DNA of 64,000 nucleotides from an uncultured delta proteobacterium (GTDB lineage Bacteria; Desulfobacterota; WTBG01; CAIYCZ01; CAIRTM01): NCBI GenBank assembly GCA_963804955.1, contig CAWDSQ010000020.1, positions 41,349 to 105,348 of the forward strand, read 5' to 3'. Shown piece by piece: positions 57,596 to 64,000 of this stretch (position 1 is its first letter; each line of letters starts with the position of its first letter). The notes under the pieces were generated by a model. It saw only the letters and a program-made list of their open reading frames with translations, ran no database searches and was not told where the DNA came from. The position numbers and the translations under genes were made by a program.

Positions 57596-57868
57596 ATGAA
57601 TACCATACCGGCACAGGAAATAAAGCGAAGGGGCATTGCAGCCGTGGATGACGCTATCGACAGGGGCGATGTGCATGTCATCAGAAACAACCAGCCGCAG
57701 TACGTGGTGATGAGCGAAGAACGCTACCAGTCGCTGATTGCGGCTGAAGAGGAGGCTCATTACGGACGCGTGAAGGCGGCGCTTGGGGAGGTAAAAGCCG
57801 GGAAGGTTAAAAAATTCAAAACCGCCGGAGAGCTGCTGAAAGCCATTGAAGCAGGGGCAGCAGATTAG
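57596..57868 (+). CDS. Type II antitoxin, Phd/YefM-like
   Basis: 90 aa with MNTIPAQEIKRRGIAAVDDAIDRGDVHVIRNNQPQYVVMSEERYQSL. The stop overlaps the toxin GTG by 1 nt. Confidence 0.8.
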   Translation: MNTIPAQEIKRRGIAAVDDAIDRGDVHVIRNNQPQYVVMSEERYQSLIAAEEEAHYGRVKAALGEVKAGKVKKFKTAGELLKAIEAGAAD

Positions 57869-58143
57869 TGTACTGCATTGTTACTCCGGAACGGTTTTTG
57901 CGGCAGGCGCGGGTGTTTTTCAAGCGCCATCCGGATCTTACAGAACGCTTCAAGAAAGTTATTTTCGACCTGCAGAAAGACCCCTTTGCGCCGCACCTGA
58001 AGCTGCATCCCCTGAAGGGCCGGCTCGAAGGCTGCTATGCATGCAGCCTTACCTACAGCTACCGTATTACTCTCACCGTTGCGCTGGTTGAAAAGCAGCT
58101 CATTTTGCTCGACATCGGCAGCCATGACGAAGTGTATCGTTAA
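57868..58143 (+). CDS. Type II toxin, RelE/ParE superfamily
   Basis: 91 aa with ..HPDLTERFKKVIFDLQKDPFAPHLKLHPLKGRLEGCYACSLTYSYRITL..LILLDIGSHDEVYR. Confidence 0.8.
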   Translation: MYCIVTPERFLRQARVFFKRHPDLTERFKKVIFDLQKDPFAPHLKLHPLKGRLEGCYACSLTYSYRITLTVALVEKQLILLDIGSHDEVYR

Positions 58144-58215
58144 GTGCCAACCAGGGTACGTTATTGACAAAGCGCACAAACTAAAACTCATTTACACTCT
58201 GCACCCAAAAAAAAG

Positions 58216-58234
58216 ATTCCGGGCAAGCCGGAAT
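58216..58234. repeat. Partial copy (terminal hairpin only) of the dispersed repeat, copy E
   Basis: attccgggcaagccggaat is followed by gagaaagttatt. Confidence 0.4.
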
Positions 58235-58408
58235 GAGAAAGTTATTAATATATTTTTTTCACAAGCAGATTGAGGCATGCCCCTCTAAACCGGCAGTGAA
58301 TAATCCGCATATTTTATCTTGCATTTGCCCCGCATGGAATATATTAAATTTTCAGGAGCTAGCTGTATTCCCGTCTGATTACCTAAACCCTAAATGGAGG
58401 AACGAGCA

Positions 58409-58597
58409 ATGGCGGATCAGAAATGCACGGGCGATCACAAAAAGCATATCTGCGAGTTAGCGGCGGAGAAAAAATTCGAGGCCATTAAGCAGATGATCCT
58501 GAACCCGAAGTACATTTGCGCCAACTGCGGCCGGGCGGCAGATTCCGACGAGAACCTGTGCAACCCGGTGCATATCAATCAGCTCGGGTTTATGTAG
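58409..58597 (+). CDS. Small cysteine-motif protein (62 aa), probable metal-binding
   Basis: ATG 58409 lies 8 nt after GGAGG. The text is MADQKCTGDHKKHICELAAE..YICANCGRAADSDENLCNPVH. A strong terminator follows. Confidence 0.55.
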   Translation: MADQKCTGDHKKHICELAAEKKFEAIKQMILNPKYICANCGRAADSDENLCNPVHINQLGFM

Positions 58598-58776
58598 CAT
58601 GCCTCCCGCAGAAGAGGGATGTTCCGGCTCGACAGCCGGTGCAGGGCATAAAGCGGTATTAAAGGTAACAGCGACTTTTTATTAGTTGCTGGCAGCTAAG
58701 GGTTATCCATGAGTAAATCAATACCCCTCTGAGGTGCGCAGGTAATACTGCCGGGAGGGCAGGGCAGCATGGTGCG

Positions 58777-58808
58777 GCCGGTGGTGTGGTAGCCACCGGC
58801 TTTTTTTT
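58777..58808 (+). terminator. Rho-independent terminator
   Basis: gccggtgg / ccaccggc form the stem, followed by T8. Confidence 0.75.
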
Positions 58809-58863
58809 GCGAAAGCATGCCCGTCAGTGGAACTTTTGTGACCTATCGTAAACGTATTCAGAT

Positions 58864-59891
58864 TTAGACGCAATATTTGATGAGTATGTTCAGTAATTGC
58901 TCAAGCTCATCATCGCTGATCTCCTGTAGTTTTTTTGTTAAAATTTGCCCCGAGGAAACATCTTCAGTATCAAAACTATACTCCAGTAACTGTACAGCCT
59001 TTAATTGCTCGACCAAAAGGTCTCTTTCGCTGGATGCACCGGGGTAATGTTTTTTATTAAAAAAACAATACAGAGATCCGTCTGCAAAAAAGGAAAATAT
59101 ACGATACCCGTTTTTTCCCTGAACCCCGAAAGTAGGGTTAAAAGCGGCTGCCTGCATGAAAACCCCTTTTGCAGCAGCCCAATCAAGAACTTTTTGCAAT
59201 TGCAGGCCTAAGTTCTCATTTTCATAATCTGCATAAGCTGTTTTCAGCTTCTCCTGTGTCCATTTTGTTTTGACAGGATTTTTTTTATCAAGCGTTAATT
59301 GTGTTTGTCCTGATAAGCCTGCTGCTAGCGGTAAATCTTGAGAATTTTCCCGTAACTTTTCAGCTCCAAGGCAAGTATTTCTGCGTTTCGCAGTTCTTTG
59401 TTAAGATATTCGATCATTTTGCTGACTTCAGGTCTCAGTTCATCAGTTGCAATAATAAGACGTATGGCGCCATTGCGCAGGTTTTCTTCAACCGTCGTCC
59501 AAAAAGCAGCATTGTCAAAATCTTCTGCGCCGAATTCCTCTATAATAACATCGTCCAGGTTTTTACCCCTGTTGTTCCAAAACTCAATTGCTCTTTGTTT
59601 TGCTTTTCCATCACCACAACATTCAAAAGCATTGGCCGCATATTCTATAATCCGACCGATTGCTTCATGACCTGATTCGGGATTTTGCAACAATTTCGCT
59701 TCAACAAAAGTTGCTATCCCGTTCTGATCCACAAAAAGATGATCTGATGAACCGCCTGCAACGGGTATTTCTCTGCTGAGAAGGACGAATCGGGGTGGGG
59801 CATTGTTTCCGGAATAGATTTGCTTGCCGGGAATTTTCAGTGGATACTTAACCAGGATAGTTTCTAAAGCATCTACAAGTTTTTTGCCCAT
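58864..59891 (-). CDS. PD-(D/E)xK (NucS/DUF91-like) nuclease-fold protein, possibly fused to the downstream ORF through one frame break near 59325
   Basis: ORF 59325..59891 carries SSDHLFVDQNGIATFVEAKL (D..ExK), GHEAIGRIIEYA and IRLIIATDELRPEV. The frame of ORF 58864..59199 stays open upstream to the first ORF's stop (..LTLDKKNPVKTKWTQEKLKTAYADYENENLGLQ-). Confidence 0.5.
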
Positions 59892-60179
59892 AATCCATCC
59901 CTCATTTATTGAAATAGCATTAAGGAAACCTGGTCAACGCTTACATATAGGCCAGCACTATCCAGTGGCTGTTCTTTTGAAGTATTGGATATTCAGGGCG
60001 GGTCATCGGCAGCTTTTATTAAAATTTTTCAGTCGTCGGTGCTGGATATTCACAGCCCTATGCATAACAAATTATCATACCTATATCCAGATATTTGCGG
60101 TTATTGACATTGCTGTTGTTTTTGATACAAATCTTACCCGGCATATGTACTGAATTAATTTTCTGATGGAGCAAGGACA

Positions 60180-60656
60180 ATGAAGCTGATAACATCCCGA
60201 ATGATAGACGGTTTAATCGATACAGCAGAGAAATCGCCGAGGCTGCGGACTAATTACAATATTCACGAATCCTTATCCGACCCCGTGCAGCGATTGTTTA
60301 TCGCAGCCGCACCCTCGACCTATTTCCGGCCTCACCGGCATCTGGGGAAATGCGAGTTTGCCATCGTCATTCGAGGCCTTTTTGACATACTTTTTTTTGA
60401 TGACGCAGGCGTCGTCACCGGGCGGGTTTCCATTGGCGCGAATACGGACATATTTGCCCTGGAAATTCCATCCAACGTTTGCCATACCTGGATATCCATG
60501 GCGGAACAGTCTGTTTTTTTCGAGGTGAAGCAGGGGCCTTATGATCCCGAAACCTCCCTCGTTTTTGCGCCATGGGCACCGGAAGAAGGCTCTGCACAGG
60601 TTAAGGAATTTCAGGCAAAGCTCCTCGCCGCCTGTATTGGCGAACGGTTTGCGTGA
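60180..60656 (+). CDS. WbuC-family cupin-fold protein
   Basis: 158 aa with SPRLRTNYNIHESLSDPVQRLFIAAAPSTYFRPHRH..EFAIVIRGLFDILFFDDAGVV. Confidence 0.65.
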   Translation: MKLITSRMIDGLIDTAEKSPRLRTNYNIHESLSDPVQRLFIAAAPSTYFRPHRHLGKCEFAIVIRGLFDILFFDDAGVVTGRVSIGANTDIFALEIPSNVCHTWISMAEQSVFFEVKQGPYDPETSLVFAPWAPEEGSAQVKEFQAKLLAACIGERFA

Positions 60657-60684
60657 AGAACCAGCAATTATTGCGCGCATGCCG

Positions 60685-60769
60685 CCATTCCGTCGAAAGA
60701 CGGAATCCAGAAAAAAAGCCGGCTGGATGCCGGATTAAGTCCGGCATGACGAAACAACTTAAATGTACC
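60685..60769 (-). repeat. Dispersed double-hairpin repeat, copy C (inverted orientation, with a 15-nt insertion)
   Basis: The reverse complement reads ggtacatttaagttgtttcgtcatgccggacttaatccggcatccagccggctttttttctggattccgtctttcgacggaatgg. Confidence 0.7.
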
Positions 60770-61001
60770 ATTATGTGCGATATGCCGTCTTTTTTTAGCA
60801 GTTCAGCAGACAACAGATAACCCAGTAGAGTAATCACTAAACGCAGCCCCGGGCTCCTTAGCGCACTTAAATTTCATGTTTAAAATAGGCGCAACACCTG
60901 CCCGTAACCCCCTTTTCGCTTGTTGCATTTCACCACTGCTCAGCTATATTTTATAGTGAGAGGGGCACTATACTTAACCTTTTTTATACAGGAGGTGTGG
61001 T

Positions 61002-61814
61002 ATGGCTATTATAACAATTTCCAGACAATTTGGCAGTCAGGGTACCTGGATCGCCCAAAAACTGGCGGAAGTGCTCTCCTACAGCCTTCTTGATAAGGAG
61101 GTACTGCTGCCCATGATGACTGAGCAGGGCATAACTGACATTGAAAAGTACGATGAAAAGAAGCCGAAATTCTGGGATTCCATCGTCATGGACAGGTTTA
61201 TGTATATTCATGCTCTGCAGACGGTTGTTTACAAATTTGCACGGCAAGACAATTGCATCATTGTTGGCAGGGGCGGGCAGTTTCTGCTGGGGCGGGTTGC
61301 CGGAATTTTGAAAGTCAGTGTGGTTGCGCCGCTTGAGCTTCGCATACAGCGGTTGCAGGCCAGGCTCAACTGCAGCCGGGGTGAAGCGGAAATGCAGGTG
61401 CGCCACAATGACGAAAATCGTCAGGGATTCCATCATTTTTTCTTCGATATCGACTGCGATGCGCCGGAGCTGTATGACCTGGTTATTAACACTGCCAGTC
61501 TTTCGGTTGACAAGGCTGTTGAGCTCATTGAGGACGCGCTTTTCTCGGAAGAATTGCCGCATACCGTGAAGCTACACTGCACAAGCTTGACGATTTCTGC
61601 CTTGGCCAGGAGGTGATGAAAAACATTACGTTGTAAAAAAAGAATATCCTCACCCTACCTTGATGCCTCGGTTGAAGACGGCGTGGTGACACTGAATGGC
61701 GGCGTAATAAGTTGGAACGATGTTGATGTATGCGAACATGCGGCCGGTGAAATACCGGGCGTAAAAAAAGTGATAAATAAAATTAATTTTATCAACCCCT
61801 GGGGTATTGCCTGA
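61002..61814 (+). CDS. Cytidylate-kinase-like (AAA_18/Cytidylate_kin2) protein with a C-terminal BON domain; two frame breaks (~61600-61650)
   Basis: MAIITISRQFGSQGTWIAQKLAEVL..VGRGG. After the ORF end at 61616 the text continues in other frames as ..LDASVEDGVVTLNGGVISWNDVDVCEHAAGEIPGVKKVINKINF (BON-like) to the stop at 61812-14. Confidence 0.6.
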
Positions 61815-61836
61815 AACAAACAGTACAGATGCTTGG

Positions 61837-61881
61837 CGGGCCGATGCTTTTCTGATTGTACAGCCATCGGCCCGTTTTTTT
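61837..61881 (+). terminator. Rho-independent terminator
   Basis: cgggccgatg / catcggcccg form a 10-bp stem around an 18-nt loop, followed by T7. Confidence 0.7.
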
Positions 61882-61994
61882 CAGTTGTCCTTGAGTTGAA
61901 AAAAAGATAAATTTCCCACTAGTGGTATTCATTATCCGGACTGTCGAAATAAGGGCTTACGCTGGAAAACATGCTTTGCATTATACGTTTTATT

Positions 61995-64000
61995 ATGAGT
62001 CGATCTGATCTTATTACAGTTTCCATATTTTTATATATGGCCATTATGCTTTCAGGCACTGTTGTCAAACCGGCGCAGGCGGGAACTCCGCAGCAAGACC
62101 CTGCCGGTGCTTTCAATTTTCCGCTCATGCGGGACAATGGCGGGCATATGCGCAAGCTTGTTGAGAACTGCTTCTCTATGTGCGGCCGCAGACCGGCATA
62201 ATCGATCCGGCCTCGGGATACCCCTATGAGGGCTGGAACCAGGAGCCTGAAAAAGGGTTGTACCTTCGATCCTTCACCCAGCTGACTGCCATCGGGTCAT
62301 GGATTGAGCTGCTTGCAAATATCGCGGCAGGATATGCCGATAACCCGTATCTTTCACGGCAGGATGCTCTCGCAAGCCTTGAGAATGCTGTAAAGAGCCT
62401 GCGCGAAGATCAGCGCAATCCGCGGGTTGCGGCAAAGGGGCTTCTGGTAAATTTTCTTGATCTTGAAGGGGGCACAAGGAAAGGGCCTCTGGAGGAAACG
62501 GTTGACCGGCAGAAGTTTATTGACGCCTTCGGAGACAAGACAGGCGGCACGATCTGGCAGGCCCTGCAGGAAAAGGGCTGGATTGCGTTCTGAACGGGGC
62601 GGCCTTGTCGGCCGCGTTATAAGAACCGGGCAGTACGGCTCTGCGCATTTTACCGGACACCTTGCGCCTTTTGCCGATGAGAAGACAAAAGCGGCTATCA
62701 TGCGCATTCTTGATGCCCGGGCTGTGACTGTTGTGTTCGGCGACAATGTGAACCTGACAGCCGCGCTGGCAAAATCCATTGGCGCATTGTTAAGTCCCGG
62801 CATCAAAGACAACCCGCAGGCTGTCAGGCTCAGGGCTGAGATGGAACTTTTCATAGAAGCGCAGGCCGGTGGGTACCGCAGCCTGTATGATGAGAAATCA
62901 GGCACACTTACCTTCGGTTGGGACGCAGGCAAAAACCGGTATCTGGGCTGGGATGACGGAACCGGCAACTGGGTCACCGGACGCATGAACTATCTGATAA
63001 ACGAATTTCGCGGGCCGTGGATTTTTTCCGTCCTGCGGTACGGCCTGCCTCTGGAATCGATACTGAATGCAGGCTTCAAAATAAAACCATACCACGACGC
63101 AAAAGGTACTGTCATCTACGGCCTCTGCGCCTGGGACGGTTCGGCCTTTCAGCTGCTTGGGTTTTAATCTCTTTATGGGAGAGATGCGAGAGCCCCGGCT
63201 GGAGGGCCTGCCTGGAGCGGCTTGTCGACATCGAGCTTGACTACTCGCGCCGCAACGGGCTTCCGGGATTTTTATCCGAGGCCTATTCAGGCAATGGTGT
63301 TGAATATACCGGGTACATAGGAATCCCTGAAGTTGCTGTAACAAACAGGGAGCTTATTACCTATGCCCCGTCACTCTACACGCTGGGCGTCGGCTACGCA
63401 CTGGCGCCGGAGAAGCTGGAAGCATTTCTTTCGACAAACTGGTCTGTTATTTCAACGCTGCTCACCGACCACGGCCCGTGGGAGGGCTACAATACCAGGA
63501 ACAAAGCGCCTGTGCGCTGCCAGACCACAACGCATACGCTGTCGCTCATACTTGCCGCGCTGGGAACAGCCGATGCAAACATGCGCCGGTATCTTGATAT
63601 GAAAGGCCTGACTGCTGCGCTGAGCAGGCTGTATAAGACAGGCCCGGATAGTCGATATCCTGAACATGAGCACGCAGCCTGTTGCCTGGACCGCTGACGG
63701 AAGCCCCGTGGCATTCAGGAAAGACGGCGCCGGCGGCATTTTTGAAGCCGATTTCAAGGATGCCGGGGGGATGGTCTTTTCCGCGATGCAGGAGCAGGGC
63801 ATAAATATTTCAGGCGGCATGCTGCGCCTGCGCTACCGTTCTGCCACTGCTGTCAAAAATAGCCCGCATCACCTGTAAGCGGCAGCACCCGGCGACAAAG
63901 GCCCTTGAAATCGATACCGGTAGAGTTATTTGTTGAAATAAAAAAGACAGGTGAGAAGGAAGAATCAATTGAAATCTGCCTGCCTGCCACGCCCTCCCTG
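61995..64000 (+). pseudogene. Secreted glucoamylase-like/DUF3131-type (alpha/alpha)6-barrel-like protein with four or more frame breaks; runs past the window end
   Basis: The signal peptide is MSRSDLITVSIFLYMAIMLSGTVVKPAQA. Fragments 62180.., 62457.., 63017.. and 63666.. read consecutively (GYPYEGWNQEPEKGLYLRSFTQLTAIGSWIELL; LINEFRGPWIFSVLRYGLP; GFLSEAYSGNGVEYTGYIGIPE; TDHGPWEGYN). The family call is tentative. Confidence 0.45.

Overview
The window looks like chromosomal DNA from an anaerobic, deltaproteobacterium-like heterotroph of roughly 50% GC. That assignment is inferred only from gene content: GlcD/GlcF-type and CCG-domain Fe-S oxidoreductases, an iron-sulfur flavoprotein and cyanophycin synthetase. 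I did no database search.

**Layout**
- **1-13.2 kb, housekeeping and storage genes:** a TPR protein, a lipoprotein, a receiver domain coupled to glgC, an SPFH/NfeD pair, tRNA-Phe, purA, tRNA-Lys, and cphA coupled to an ABC exporter and a DUF1854 gene.
- **13.8-23.3 kb, surface-protein locus:** a ~6.6 kb mosaic adhesin-like gene (PPC, NHL, MopE-like, TSP3 and Ig-like modules) followed by two secreted-protein genes.
- **23.3-25.4 kb, mobile DNA:** a RAYT/IS200-like tyrosine transposase flanked by inverted REP-like repeats, next to a copied fragment of the adhesin gene.
- **25.6-27.0 kb:** nhaA.
- **27.2-37.0 kb and 42.0-52.0 kb, two paralogous redox clusters:** SDR, FAD/PCMH dehydrogenases, CCG Fe-S proteins, geranylgeranyl-reductase-like flavoproteins, thiolase and TetR/MarR regulators.
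- **37.5-41.8 kb, between the clusters:** a TSP3/FG-GAP propeller protein, a membrane protein and a DUF1329 protein.
- **52-64 kb, accessory stretch:** small secreted low-complexity proteins, a toxin-antitoxin pair, a nuclease-like gene and dispersed hairpin repeats.

**Most interesting**
- Two adjacent genes in the first redox cluster resemble ferredoxin-dependent bilin reductases. One is fused to a 2x[4Fe-4S] ferredoxin domain.
- A TetR paralogue consists of the ligand-binding domain only and shares an operator motif with its full-length neighbour.
- The RAYT unit abuts the adhesin-fragment copy.
- An ~80-bp double-hairpin repeat occurs in five copies.

**Caveat:** about half of all genes, including purA, carry single-nucleotide frame breaks. 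Many coordinates therefore describe reconstructed genes, and break positions are approximate.
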